Below are positions 1 through 14,267 of a DNA stretch of 64,000 nucleotides, piece after piece. Below the pieces are notes generated by a model that saw only the letters and a program-made list of their open reading frames with translations, did no database searches and was not told the origin of the DNA. Within the stretch, counting starts at the first letter, position 1; each line of letters opens with the position of its first letter. Source of the stretch: Eledone cirrhosa (taxonomy: Eukaryota); assembly GCA_964016885.1 (NCBI GenBank), contig OZ024750.1, forward strand, positions 46,748,001-46,812,000, read 5' to 3'. A program made the position numbers and the translations under genes.

Positions 1-580
1 AGTATAGAATTAACTTGTATTTATTTTTATCAAATTCCGAAAGATTGAAACGTCGTATAACATTTGATTTACTGTAAAACGATATTGAAAGATAATAACA
101 ACTAAAGATTCTAATATTTAGAGAGAATATCAGCAATATGAAGTGTACGATTATTATTGATGAGGGCCCATCGATAGGAATTGCTGGGTTTTGCACTAGA
201 AAGTTGTTCCTCCGAGTTTCAGCCTGGGTAAAGTTTGTTTCTGGAAGACAAGCAGTCGCCCATGCTTACCACCGACGCTCTCCAAGGAAAAAGCAAAGGC
301 CGATACAGTTTGGCACCAGTGACGTCGCAACTCATTTCAGCAGCTGAGTAAACTGGAGCAACGTGAAAGGAAGTGTCTTGCTCAAGGATACCACGCATGA
401 CCCGATCCAAGAATCGAACTCACACCTTTTCATTTGCAAGCCCAACACTCTACCCACTAAGGCTTGCGCTTTCAGTATTATTGATAACTATAATGGTAAG
501 ATACATGCTAAAAAAGACCAAGAAAATTAGAATGACATTTATTAAATGCTAAGCGAGAGTGATTATTTATATATTAAAGC

Positions 581-726
581 GTCTCTTTACGATCTGAGTT
601 CAAATCCTGCCGAGGTTAATTCTTGCAGCAGATAATTAATTCTTTCATCCTTACGGGGTCGATAAAATAAAGTACCAGTAATGCACTGGGGTAATTGCTG
701 GCCTTGAGCCTAAAGTAGAAACAATT
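581..726 (+). mobile_element. Deu/Nin-type SINE (5'-truncated)
   Basis: Same B-box, core and agtagaaacaatt tail, with flanking direct repeat tttatatattaaagc. Confidence 0.8.
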
Positions 727-1328
727 ATTTATATATTAAAGCAAAGTAAATGAACTTATATTCAGGTTAGACCAAGGAAACAATGGTTCTATTTGCCTTA
801 GCAATGCAAATAACAACTGACGGTTGTCTCACTTGGCAATAGAAATGAAGGGAAATAAATCGTTTTCTTCAAGTACACAAATAAAGCAGCGTACTTTCCA
901 CGAATCCAACTCAATATCTTTGACCAATAATCCAACACCCTACACAGTGTGTATGCCTCTTCACGTATAGATGTAAACCAACGCATTTGTTTCTTGCAGT
1001 TTTATATAAATTGTCGTAAATATACTGGCGAAAACAAGAAATAAGATGCAGCGCAGGGTAAAGAAATATTTTAGTAGATGTGTGACATCTTGTGGTATCC
1101 AGCCGGGATTTATTTGAAGGGGAGAGAAGAGGTATCCTACTGGATATCATGTCTCTGACATTATTATTGCTATGTTTAGAACGAATTTCATTTGTCCTCA
1201 TACTTTGTCATTCAAATATGTCCATCTAACTCGTGTGTGTGTACGTATATATATATATATATACACAACACGTCTTTGCCTCTTTTCTCTTTCTATCAGC
1301 GTCTATGTATATATATATATATAACACG

Positions 1329-1447
<119 letters not shown>

Positions 1448-4400
1448 TAAGACATATCTAAATGAAAACCTATGACAAAAGGAAAATATAAAAATATAAT
1501 ATGTAATATAAGAGACGTTATTACAATTTCCGTATAGAGATAAGCCCCGGAAATTCATTACTATGTTTACCAAGTGAGTTGTAGATGCATCATGGCTGAC
1601 AGAGGAAAACGTCAAATAAAATTATATAGGATTAGCGAGGAGTATTGATATTTTAATATCATGACAAGATAGGATTTATCATAGTCATGCCTATTGTTTA
1701 ATAACTTTTTTCATTACAAGAATCTGACTGTATGTATGACGGAGAGTCAGGCGGAGAAGTGACATAACAAAAACAAAAAAAATGTATGGGTTGAGGAAAG
1801 AAACATAGTTTTAATATAAACAGTTGTGTTGTATACATAATTCGGAATAAAATTGAAATGTTCAATTTAACAGAAAAAAATATAAAAGCAATCTTAAGAT
1901 ATCTGTCATAACAACAGTACGTGTATTTGAATAACAATAACGATAATAACAATAACTAGGATGATAATGATGATAATGGTTTCTGATTTAGGCACGTGGC
2001 CACCAATTTTGGAGCAGGGGAAAGTCGATTAAATCGACCATATTTAGTCACTGGTACTTATTTTATCGCCCCCGTAAGGATGAAAGTCAAAGCTAACCTC
2101 GGCGGGATTTAAACTCAGAACATAAAGCGCCGTAAGAATGATGATGTTGATGATAATGATGATGATGATGATGATAATGATGATGATTTATTTATCAGTC
2201 GGAAAAGGCTTGTACATAGAAATGCATTAATCATTATAAACATAAAGGTTAAAATATAAATGTAGCTGGGAAGACAAAGCTATATGACCGAGGGGATGGA
2301 AAATAATACAACAGACATGTTAATTTGAGAAAACTAGAAATAAGTATAAATTTATGAAAAAAAGACAATAACTAACACAAGGTATAATAGAAAATGTAAA
2401 ATAAACGATTTTGCTTAACCCCCAGAAAGGTGGGAACACATTAGGTATTATAACTTTAGTCAGACACCCGATCACCATAATAGTGCGTGGGATCATGCGG
2501 TGCAAGATATATGTTTCATTTGATTAGCAAGAGCTCTTTAGAAAGCCCTTGTCACAAAATATGGATATATATAGACCGTGTGATTGGACGTTAATAGGAC
2601 AAATGACAAGAATGGTTTGTTTGGAGTTCGAAGGGGATTGTACTTATATTGCAAAGCTACTATTCTACTCACTTGTGACTAAATAAAATGGTGACAATAT
2701 GATAAAGTAAATAAATAGTTTTCTTCCTATCTACTGTAAGTTGTCACAACGAAAACCTCCAGAAAAATAGTATATTTTCTCGAACATATATTCCACGAAT
2801 AACGCATATTCTAGAATATTTTCTTCTGGTGTACAGTGGAACCAAACGTGGTGGAAACATCTAGCATCCTTGCTTACAGAACCGCTTCTCAATGTAGTGT
2901 GAGCGGGATGGAGCTAGCCGTACAGCAGCAGGAATTGAACGAGGTCGATTAGCTATTTTCAGTCCTTTTCGTTCAACATTTCCCAGTTTAATATATTTCC
3001 TATTTTGTTCACCAGAATCATGATACGATTACAAATTTAAACAGGATGACGATTAAATGAAATGCTATTGTAACTGTTAGTGCAACAGTTTCATACTACT
3101 GAATGTATGTTGTTGTATAGCGTGTCAATAACATGCAGTTTTGGGCTAGATTCACCAATTCTCCTCTAGCAGAAGATTTTAATGAACCATATGTGTACGA
3201 CAGATTGTATGAATTTTTCTGTAAGCAACTACACTGAATATATTAAAGGCAAGAACCAAAATTCCGAAAATTTGTATCCACCCTCAAACGGAAAACTTGA
3301 TTCAATACATTTGAATCTAGTACATTATTGTTGTGTCATGTGTGAAGATATAAGAAAGTACTTGGTGAAACACTTTCGCGTGATGGGTTCGACCTTCGGT
3401 TGTTGTTAATTCTATTGTATGTAGGATTCCGTAACTCCTTATAGAGTGGTAGGGGCGCTGTATTGACATACGGCGTTTCTTGGGCTTTTAAAGCCTTGGG
3501 AGCCCGACAAATCCAGGCTAGAGAACAGCACATTTCCACAAGAGAAAGATAAAAAGTGTGTGAGAGTAAATGAAAAAGAGATATAGAGGAAGAATCAACC
3601 CCAGTACTAGACTGTTACTTCTTTTATCGACCTCGAAAGGATGAAGGCAAAGTTGACCTCCGCGGGATTTGAACCCAGGGAGCAGAGAGCCGGAACAAAT
3701 ACAATAAAACATTCTCTCCGACGTTAATGAATCTGCCAATCGCTGCCTACAATTATTTTGTACATACTCGTATGTGACATTTGAGGTTTTAAAATATATA
3801 GGAAAGCTATTTAATATATTTCTCTTGACATAAAATGATCTTAGATACATCAGTTTATTTTATGCTATAATCAAGATCATACCACAACTGATCCATTATC
3901 CGTGAACCCTTAAACGAAGAAGAAGAAGAAGAAGAATTGATCTCCGTGGAATTTGAACGCAGGGTGTAAGGAGACGGAAGGAATGCAGCGAAATAATCTG
4001 ATATTCACTTGACTGCAAATTCGCAGCCTTTTATATCTAAAATACACTAACATAAACAGCAGTAGAACATTTAAAAAGACATTTAAAATATTTAGTTGTG
4101 ATACAAATAATATAACCCAATCAACATTCTAAATATCACCGCAAATTGTTAACATTAGTAGTTATTTATTTTTATTATATTCTCGGCTGTTTAAAATGTC
4201 GTCCATAAAGAGCAAAAACAAGAATGAAACATTTGACTTTTGGACAAAAGTTAAAGAAAGTCAACTTGAAACTCAACAACATTTTTCGAATTTGCTTTCA
4301 ATTTCAAATGCTTTTCTTTTTAATCTTTAGGTTTAAACTTTTGTTGAAATAAGTCTAGGGTCTATTTTAGATTTTTTAAAAAATATTGTTTTCTCTTTAA

Positions 4401-6410
4401 TTCAAGTAGAAGTTACGTTTGTTTCCTATTTTTCTATTAGTCGAATTTAAAATTAAAAACACAAAACAACTATTTGTTGATCTACTCGGAGCATTTAAAA
4501 AAAAATTTGCTGCAAAGCAATCTCCAAAATAAAGTCAAAATGTTTTAAAGAAAACATTTTCATAAACAACAATTAATGATCATTCTTCTCGGAAATCAAA
4601 GGAAAAATTAGAAAATAATAAAAGCATTTGTATAAGTTGGCCGTTGTTATTAGCAATGGTAGACTAGTTAGAGCGTCAGAAGAAATATGCATAGCTGAAT
4701 TTGATTCGGGTTTCCACATTTGACTTTCCACATGCGTTCAAATTCCATCGAGATCGACTTGGAATTTCAAATTTATAGGCTCAATAAAACAGGAATCTTC
4801 CAAATAACGTATCCATATAAATGAGTAAAGCTTCTCCCCAAACTTCTGGCTTTGTGTATATGTGAGGGAACATTATAATAGAGCATGTGTAGGACGAGGG
4901 CATACATTCCACTGAGATATATATTTGGTATTTTCCCCATTCCTGTTTCGATAATATATAATGGGTCTAACTGATCCACTGCCCCGATCTCAAAAGGCTT
5001 TGTGGTTTGTGGCTACATTAGAAATAAATATGAATGTGATTCGTTGCTGTATTCAGTTACGTTTCTTCACGTCCTGAGTTCAACTTTAGTCGACTTTACA
5101 TTTCACCCTCCAGGCCTCGGAAAAATCAAGAATCACACAAGCCCAATCGATGGACCTCTGGCGATTTCGATGATGTGTTTTCCAGTTGTTCGTTCAACCG
5201 AGCAGTCTATTAATGAGATTATATGTAAATGGTTGAATATCCACAAACGCACCCTTCAATTAATTCTCAGGCAGATTTATCGGGATACAATGTGTGACGA
5301 GGCTGTCCCATTAAATTTAATTTATAGTCAATCCGACAGGTTTCCAAATTGGTTCCATCTAGGAAATTTCATACAAAAGGAAAGGACGAACACGTAAATA
5401 TGGGAAATCAGACTTACTGAAGTTCTCACTCAGTGGGAATGAACAAGGGACTTAATAATCGTCCATCAACATGTCTGACCTTATATCTTTGTGAAATTCA
5501 AGATTAGGCAACGGTGGATAGTTCTATTGGTAGGGGACCGGGTAAAATGTATTTCAGTATATTGATACACCCTAGTAACATTTGTTCAGTTTCCTTCAAT
5601 ATCAACTTTGAATTTCATTATTTCAGGATTCGAAAACTCACGTAACATTCAGGAACTGGATCTATTACATTGAATGACGTGTATCTATATTATACGTGGA
5701 TATAATGATGATTATCACAATGGCGAGGAATATATTTATCCATCACGAAAGGATGAAAGTGAAAGTTGATTTAAACTTAGAGTATTGTGAACGAGAGGAA
5801 ATACCACGTGATTTAATCTGACTCCGTAAAAGTCCTGTCAATTCACGGCCTATGGCTAGCAAGCTATCTGTTAGATCCATTTTCCTATATAGTGTCGGAA
5901 AAATACTGGACTAAATTCAATGTATTCATCACTTTCACTCCATACGTGTGTTCTTAAATGCCATTTAGAAACAGGAGCAGGCATGAGTGTTTGGTGAAAA
6001 TGTTCGTTCCGGAACTAATGGGTGTGGGCTTAGACTCACTTTGTGTCACTTTCAGTTTGTGTCTTCGACTATAGCGGAATCCATTCATATGTGTATATAA
6101 AGCATACTTACTGATTATATATATATATATATATATAAGCTATATTGATGGTATACAAGCTCCTACATAAATTGGTACAAATTTCACCCACATTGTATGA
6201 ATCCTATAATGAAACGAGACGTCCGTCTGGGAAGAGATATATTAGATATGTCTCATATGAAATAATACAGCCAATTTTCCACGCAATACTTTTAGTTAGC
6301 ACCCCGAACGCATAATTGGGAATATAATCACTTATTTCCTAATGTTTGTTGAGGGAGTTGGAATTTGGCCGGAGTATCGCTAAAAACCTTTCTCCAATAT
6401 TGTATTTATT

Positions 6411-6570
<160 letters not shown>

Positions 6571-7098
6571 ATGTGCGCGCGTGTGTGTGTGTGCGTGTTT
6601 GTGTGTGTGTGTGAGAGATAGAGTCCATCTCTGTGGTTACATGTGTGTCTTCATTTGAGTCTTTGTATCGGAACATAGCTGTTTGACAAAAAGGCACCGA
6701 TAAAATACGTATTCTATTTGAAACAAATATGTACTGAGATCAATGTGTTAGATTAAATCCATTTTAGGTGGTGCACCAGCATGGCCAATAGATAATGACT
6801 GAAACAAGTAAATAAAATAATATACTTCCATTCTAGCCAGCCATCACATTTTTGTTTTTGAATTATTCTGTTGTAACTGACAACCATTTATTGATTAACT
6901 GATTATTAATTCTTATCTTCGGTTGAGAATTAATAATCAACCATTCAGATATTCGATAATAACTGTGGTAATTCTTATCTCAATCTAAATGTTTTACAAA
7001 TCTGTAATTATAAAGAACGTTATTGAGAAGACAACTCGACTACATCAACAGGACATAACTCAAATAGGTCTGATCGACTAAATCACGTTAGTGGAGTA

Positions 7099-7418
7099 CA
7101 GAGGTTCTGGAAGTCAGCGCTACCGACACTTGGGGTGAGTGTGGGGCGTTGAGAAGGTCCAAATGTGCTGGGGGCCTAAGTGGGTGGTAGTGATGATATA
7201 ATAGTATATTAAATATCAAATGTCACATATTATATATCAATATAGTAATATGCATAATATTTATCTATACATAGCATATATATTATTTATCATATATAAA
7301 TTAACGATTTTATTTATTATATAAAATAAATTTGTATTTAGGAAATAGGGGGGGGGGGGTCTGAGGTTATTACGTGGCCGTGGGTGAGGCAGTGGCCCCA
7401 ACATTTTGAGAACCTCTG
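7099..7418. mobile_element. Probable hAT-type MITE
   Basis: Terminal inverted CAGAGGTTCT / AGAACCTCTG with GC-rich subtermini. The TSD is not intact. Confidence 0.45.
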
Positions 7419-7532
7419 GTCTAACATATACAACTGGTTTTCAATATGTGTTCCGTGAAATCATTCTACCTTTCCACGAGATAAGCTAACTTTTAAATAA
7501 AATGTATTAAACCTTTTTATTGATTACATAGA

Positions 7533-7722
7533 TGGTGGTGGATTGTCAGTATCGATAGAGGGTCTGACGCCATGCTTTGCAGCAAAGAGTTACGGCCCTT
7601 TATGGTCTGAGTTCAAATCTCGCCGAGGTTAACTTTGCCTTTCATCCTTACGGGGTCGATAAAATAAAATACCAGTAATGTACTGGGTAATTGTTGGCCT
7701 TGTGCCAACAGTAGAAACAATT
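7533..7722 (+). mobile_element. Deu/Nin-type SINE, full length
   Basis: Collinear with 59481-59666. Confidence 0.82.
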
Positions 7723-8621
7723 ATTATTGATTACATATACATCTTCGTAATTTCCCCCACTAGGCCTTAGCTTATCGGATTAAAAGACTCAATGTTCCTG
7801 CGCTCTTCGAAGTGCAAATACTACCAAGGTGAATTTGTCTTTCAACATTTTGGATTCCATAAATAAAGTACCACCAATCGAGGAGCACTGGACTTGTGCA
7901 TTCGTTGAAGGGTAGGTGTCTGTTCCAGCTCAATGTGTTGCAGGTAATATATTGATGCTGCAGCTGAAAATATCCTCGAGAGGAATGACGTTCCTGTTGG
8001 GTCTATTGTAGTTGTTGATATTAAATTTAAGCTGCGTAAGCTGGGCAGCATGAAAACATGTGCCAAGATAAAGGGCATTACATGTCATATACAAACTGTT
8101 CGAATTTGTAAAAGATTATGTATAGTATGTACAATAATTGTCTCTACTTTTGGCACCGGGCCAGCATTACTGGTACTTTATTTTATCTACCCCGTACGGA
8201 CGAAAGATAAAGTTAACCTAGATGGGATTTGAACTCAAAACGTAAAAGGATCGTAAAACTATGCTGCAAAACATGGTGTCCAACCCTCTACCGATTCTGC
8301 CAATTCACAATAATGTACATTTGTCATATATTAAAGACGGTGTCCTGGTAATACTGGGCATCCTATATCAGAATTAATAAAATGGGGTAGAGATACTCAA
8401 AAATACACTAGGAAATACATAGCCCAGATATATAGGTATTGATGGGAATAACCAACATGTGCAATAGAAGATATAAGGCATGAGATTTTGAGATGGCGAA
8501 TTCTGCCGGCTCATAAACTAAATCTATTTTAACATTTCTACGTTTAGATTAGTTTCCAGTATATTACATACGATGCTTCAATGTACACAAAGACAAACGC
8601 AAACACACGTATATATATATA

Positions 8622-9345
8622 GTAATAATAATAAATTTGAAGACTAAAATCCAAAGAGGGTTCGATAAGGATAAATATATATCAAATATATAAGAACCGT
8701 AGAGCAAATATTTATTAAAATAACAGATTAAAGTTTAAGCAAAGAATCGCTGCTTTCACCCTTAACGGGATCTTCTGAAACTAACATCCATGCGTTTATA
8801 CACACAAACACACACACACATATATGTATATATATGAGTGTGTGTGTTTGAAATGAAAATGTATGCTGGTAAATTAAAAGTATATTTCTCTTGGATTTTT
8901 TAGTAGTTCCCATTTGAAATCTCTTCAGTTTTGTTCAGTTAATCAAATCTATTTCTTTGATTAGTAAACATCTATATATATTTAATATGTTGTCTATATT
9001 CACCTGTGGCTATATTTCTAGAATTCCCATTAACATGGTTTTGTTGTTTTTCTATTTTTGTTGGGGTGGTGGTGCTATTTATAATATTTCAAGTGATTGT
9101 ATGTCACCTTAAATATATGTAACTTGTAATATTTCGAGGGGCAGAAAGTTTCTGAAACAAATTAAAAAAATATTACATAAACCTGAAACTGTCGTGGGTA
9201 TAGGGTTTTCTACGCAAACTGTTGTTTTTTGTTTAGATCCGATTGTAACTTTTAGTAAGAAAGTAGCGGTTCCTATAGCCTCAGAATATCCAACGTTTGT
9301 GAGTGAAATTTTAAAAACGAAATCTGTGTAGACACCCGCCATTTA
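8622..9345 (-). mobile_element. Old PLE 3' remnant G with HHR-bearing terminal repeat
   Basis: Terminal 8622-8790 recurs at 24776-24940 and in part at 44841-44885. HHR-like fold at 8732-8782. Upstream sequence is only weakly GIY-YIG-like. Confidence 0.55.
8732..8782 (-). ncRNA. Hammerhead-like motif with U4A core (second copy ~24887-24937)
   Basis: agttt-CAGAAGA-t-ccc(gttaa)ggg-t-GAAA-gca(gcgattctt)tgc-TT-aaact. Confidence 0.6.
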
Positions 9346-9401
9346 TAAACCAACACACAGACACACACATATATACGATTTAACACTGGTTATTTTCCTA
9401 T

Positions 9402-9495
<94 letters not shown>

Positions 9496-9635
9496 GAGGT
9501 AAACAATATTCAATGAATATATCAAAGAATGAGTTTTACAGTAGATTGGAAGCACTCTATGGTAAAATAATTTTCCAGAGTTATTAATATTAAAATACAA
9601 ATATTAATAAAATAGATGTTCTTTTTATCAATTAC

Positions 9636-9688
9636 ATTTTATTATACATATTTCAGATGTACAACAGTACGTCCTCATCAGACAAAAT
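9636..9688 (-). ncRNA. Minimal hammerhead ribozyme
   Basis: attttgt-CTGATGA-ggacgtac(tgtt)gtacatct-GAAA-tatgta-TA-ataaaat. Confidence 0.8.
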
Positions 9689-10048
9689 ATAATGATACAT
9701 GACATACCCTGAGATGTTATATGGTTAAGATTTAATCAAGGTAGTGATTAGCCTAAGAGAAAGTTTAACATTTATACCCTAATAAAGAAAAAATGCGAAA
9801 ACGTAATAAATTCAATAGAGAATGTGTGAGTAAGAAAAACGTTGCTTAATGTAACAGTTATAGAGGTTTTAAAAGGTATTATACTACAATGTATCAGGGA
9901 AAGCGGTCAATGAGAGCCGCTGAGGTAATATATATAGAGAGAGGGAATATATGTAGAAGGAGATTTTCCGAAAGTTAAGCGGTTAAGTTTGAAGATATTT
10001 AATTTAAGCTATTTTAGGGTGAAGAATCAAGATTTTAGGTGTTTTATA

Positions 10049-10135
<87 letters not shown>

Positions 10136-10177
10136 ATATATATGTATATATATATATATATAGTTTTAATATAGATG

Positions 10178-10228
10178 AGATTCTACAGGACTAGAACTGT
10201 TTCATTCTTTAGAAATCATCAGGAATCT
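10178..10228 (-). ncRNA. Type-I hammerhead ribozyme with complete stem III, in a solo terminal repeat
   Basis: agattc-CTGATGA-t-ttc(taaa)gaa-t-GAAA-cag(ttctagtc)ctg-TA-gaatct, with a GUA cleavage triplet. Confidence 0.8.
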
Positions 10229-10429
10229 AGGTATCAACAAATAAGTATGGTATTTATAGGTCTCTACAAGTGGTAGGAGACGGTAGGGAGTGGGATGGGT
10301 GTAGGTCGTTGGTTGATAGAAAAGGGAATTCATTAAAAGGTAATTCTACAAAGCTATAGTTTATTTTTATTTTTAGAGTAACAAAGGCAGAAAGAATTCT
10401 ATAAACAGGTTCAGGATGGCATGCCACTC

Positions 10430-10489
<60 letters not shown>

Positions 10490-11005
10490 ATTTGTTATGT
10501 GTTCATTACATTTATTGAGTAGTGGCGCACGTTTAGCTATTGATCAGCTCAAAGTTCGATCTGTATCGATTCGGCCCAGCTCAGGATTAAAAAACTCGTC
10601 GGACCTCTGTTGTGGGAATGACATTCTACTGAAACTACATTAACTGGACGTTACAATCCTTAAATATATGTATATATATATATATAAATATATATAAATA
10701 CATACGTGTGTGTGTGATTGTGTGTGTGTCTGGAATCAATGAAATCACTAACAGATTATTACAAGACGGTTTTCATCCAGTTTCTTTGGTTTATGTTAAA
10801 AATTATATTTGTAAATTCTAGTTATCACGTTTTCTATGTCGCAAATTTGAAACAATATCCATCCGCCCATCGATCTTGAACTTTTTTACGTGTCCAACCA
10901 TGATACACAGTGCCTTCTTCGCCTTTAAACTTTCAGGAACACATCAATCTCCCTGCCTAAGTAGAGTCAAATTCCTCGAGAGAAATGGGAAAAAACTGAG
11001 AAATA

Positions 11006-11263
11006 TAATTGTTTCTACTTTCGGCACAAGACCAGTACATTACTGGTACTTTATTTTATCGACCTTGTAATGATGAAAGGCAAAGTTAACCTTGGCGGGA
11101 TTTGAACTCATATCGTAAAGGGACGTAACTATGCTGGAAAGCATGTCCAACCCTCTACCAATTCTGCCAATCCACCGCTCTCTAAGAAAGATAATTGTTT
11201 CTACTTTAGGCACAAGGCCAGCAATTACCCAGTACATTACTGGTACTTTATTTTATCGACCCC
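11006..11263 (-). mobile_element. Two adjacent Deu/Nin-type SINE copies (11006-11179 and 11192-11263)
   Basis: Reverse complement of the family consensus. Further copies lie at ~1975-2140, 3590-3750, 8135-8307, 33395-33600, 51822-51919 and 60633-60782. Confidence 0.8.
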
Positions 11264-12309
11264 GCGAGTAAGATAATGTTAGTATATTAGGGAGAGAGTG
11301 AGAGAGAAATGGGGGGGGGGGGGTCAACTTCAGTAGTGGAATCTTCAGAAGCGAAACATTATTTATGGACCTTGAAAGGATGAAAGATAACATTGTTGTG
11401 GCCAGGAATTGAACTCACAAAAGACTATATATATATTCGGAGCCCAACTAAATAAAGTATAAATATTACTTCTGACAAATAAAAACAAACACAGGCGTCG
11501 TCAATGTTTGCAACAAACAAACATAAGCCATAGTAGTAGTAGAAGTAGTAATAATAGTAGTAGCAACAGTAGTAGTAATATTAGTAGAAGATGAACAAAA
11601 CCACAGATAATAGATGTCGCTGTAAATTTGTTAGAACTATTTGAGGGTTTTAAAACGTTCCATCTGCAGCTGTTATAAATATTTCAAGATAATTGCTAAA
11701 ATGTTAAAAAATGTTTTCTCATTTCAGGATTGGAATTTTATAGGTGATACAAATGTTATGAGCCAGTAAATAATATTTTGCTATATAATATAAAACTCAC
11801 GAAATTGTATAAATGATTGAAAAGATAAAAAAATTCTAAAAAAAAACAATAACAAAAAAAGAAAGGAAGACAGATACTTGGGGCTTCCGAATGTCTTGTG
11901 AAACTTCCTAGAAATTATATTTATAAACACATCTCAGCTGAATACATACACATTACATACACGTTAAATTAACAATCATTATATCAAAAGCTGGAGGCTC
12001 TCTAGTGTGTGTATGTATTTGTGTGAAGGAGCGTGGCTTTCTGGTTAGAGTATTCGGCTTACAATCGTCAGGTTCTGCATTCGATTCCTGGTAGTGCAGT
12101 CCAATCAGCTGGCAAACATGAGATATGCCTGTAGTTCTAACGACTGGCTTTGTACTATTCTATGTCATGCTGAATCTCTCTGAGAACTACGTTAAGTGTA
12201 CGCGTGTCTATGGAATGCTGAGGCACTTGCTGGACAATTTCATGGGCAGGCTGCTCCGTTGATCAGATCAACTGGAACCCTCATCGTCGTAACCGACGGA
12301 GTGCCTCTA

Positions 12310-12802
12310 TATGTATGTATGTACTTTTAGCTTTATAATTCTATACATCTTTACGAATAGTGAGAGTCGGTTTCTAACGTAGTACCCAAGATTCTTTCAT
12401 CGGAATTTAGACAATATTAACAAGGTAAATATGAATACATGTGAGTGTGTGTGTGTGCAAGGACGGATTTTATCGTATGCGTGGATGTGAAAGTTTTGGG
12501 TTATATATGTGCATGTTCATATGCTTTTTATCTGTACAAGTGTACATGTAGTTATTGAATGTGGAATGTTATGTATGTTCTTCTGGTTTTATAATTTCAC
12601 AAATTTTTGGCAATAAAGAGAGAGTCGGTTTCTAACATAGACACAAGACTCATTGGAATGTACACAACATCAACTAAGTAGATATGTCAGCATGCATGCA
12701 TGTGTAGGTATGGGTGTTATTGTATGTGTGGATGTGTATGCTCTGAGTTCTATGTGTGCGTGTGTATATGCTTTGTATATGTACATGTGTATATGCAGTT
12801 AT
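12310..12802 (-). repeat. Two diverged tandem copies (~250 bp) of the RLE element 3' UTR, ending in (TACA)n
   Basis: The gagagtcggtttctaac anchor occurs at ~12362 and ~12621 with collinear flanks. The first unit follows the ORF stop directly. Confidence 0.7.
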
Positions 12803-13690
12803 TAAATGCAAAATGTTTGGAATGTTTTACATATTTTTACTGTGGATTGTACTTGTAATTTCCTAACTAGTTGTGTTCTTCCTGTTCATGTGAAGCCTAA
12901 CTTCTCAAGAGTTGTTTTGAGGCAGTTACTAACATACCCCAGTGCTCCAATAATCACAGGCATAAATCTGCAGATAATCCACCCTGATTATAATGAGGGT
13001 GGAGTATCTGCAGATTTATTTTCAGTTCTGCATAAATATTCTCCTTTTCGCTAATCTTTGATATTATATTGGCATCTGTTGGGCTGCTAACTTCCAGTAC
13101 AGCGCATACCTTCTTTTCCCTGTCCCATATCATTATATCTGGTCTGTATGCCTGCACTTTATTGACATTTTTACTGGAATATTCCACCAGTACTCTTTCA
13201 TATTATGTATATGTATGTCTTCCACATTGCTGTAGCTCTTAATGTGTTTATTATCGGGGCTATTTTTTCTACGGATTGCATTGTACATAAGTAGATAGTA
13301 CCGCGATGAGATCTTTGGACAGCTGCTTATGGCATGGGTGACATCTTCGATGTTAATTCTGCAGAGTCAATCTACACTTGTTATCACATCTAGGTGTTTT
13401 GCCTGCATCCCTATCTCTTTTGTGAATCAGATATACGTATGTTTGTATGTCACATACAAAGCGATGCTAGTGCTTGAAGCTTTTTAAGTGAGGAAAGGCT
13501 TTCACGGGGTCAATCCTATTCTCTGAACATCGAATAAATTTGCCCAGGAAGAAGAACAGGTCTACATAACTTGGTATGTGACATTCTTTGCGATGCGTGG
13601 TATTGCTGGCCATATGCAATTCCCTAGAGCCATGTCTGTGATGCTCGTGCTTAAGTATCAATCGACTTCATCACTCGTAGTCTAGTTGCT
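12803..13690 (-). pseudogene. 3' fragment of a restriction-like-endonuclease (RLE) non-LTR retrotransposon (R4/Dong-like)
   Basis: CCHC finger CR-LCRINIEDVTHAISSCPKISSRYYL, then YRPDIMIWDREKKVCAVLEVSSP...EKENIY and PVIIGALG, ending in a stop at ~12803. Confidence 0.85.
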
Positions 13691-13707
13691 GCCGTCATGT
13701 ATGTATG

Positions 13708-13746
<39 letters not shown>

Positions 13747-13773
13747 TAATTTTATTTATATATATATATATAT

Positions 13774-13872
<99 letters not shown>

Positions 13873-14267
13873 AGTTATGTAAGTATATATGTGTACATGT
13901 GTAATACACCGAATTCACGTTTCTCTTGACAAATCAGCTAGAAATATGAGGTGTACCCAAACTGAAAGTCTAGGTCTTGTCACACATTGTATCATGATGT
14001 TTCCCCCCCGAGAATTGTGGCAGGATTACACGTGTCTGTAGAATTCACAGCCACTTGAACGTGAATTTCCAGAGCAGCCATTCCTGCTGTTTAAACTTTT
14101 GGAACGAGGAGATCAAACAATACATGCATTCATACATACATACATATGAGCATACATACATGCATACACACATACATACATATATACATACACACTTACA
14201 TGCATGCATAGAAACATAGATACATATATACATGCATGTATGTATGTGTATATGTATATACACATGT

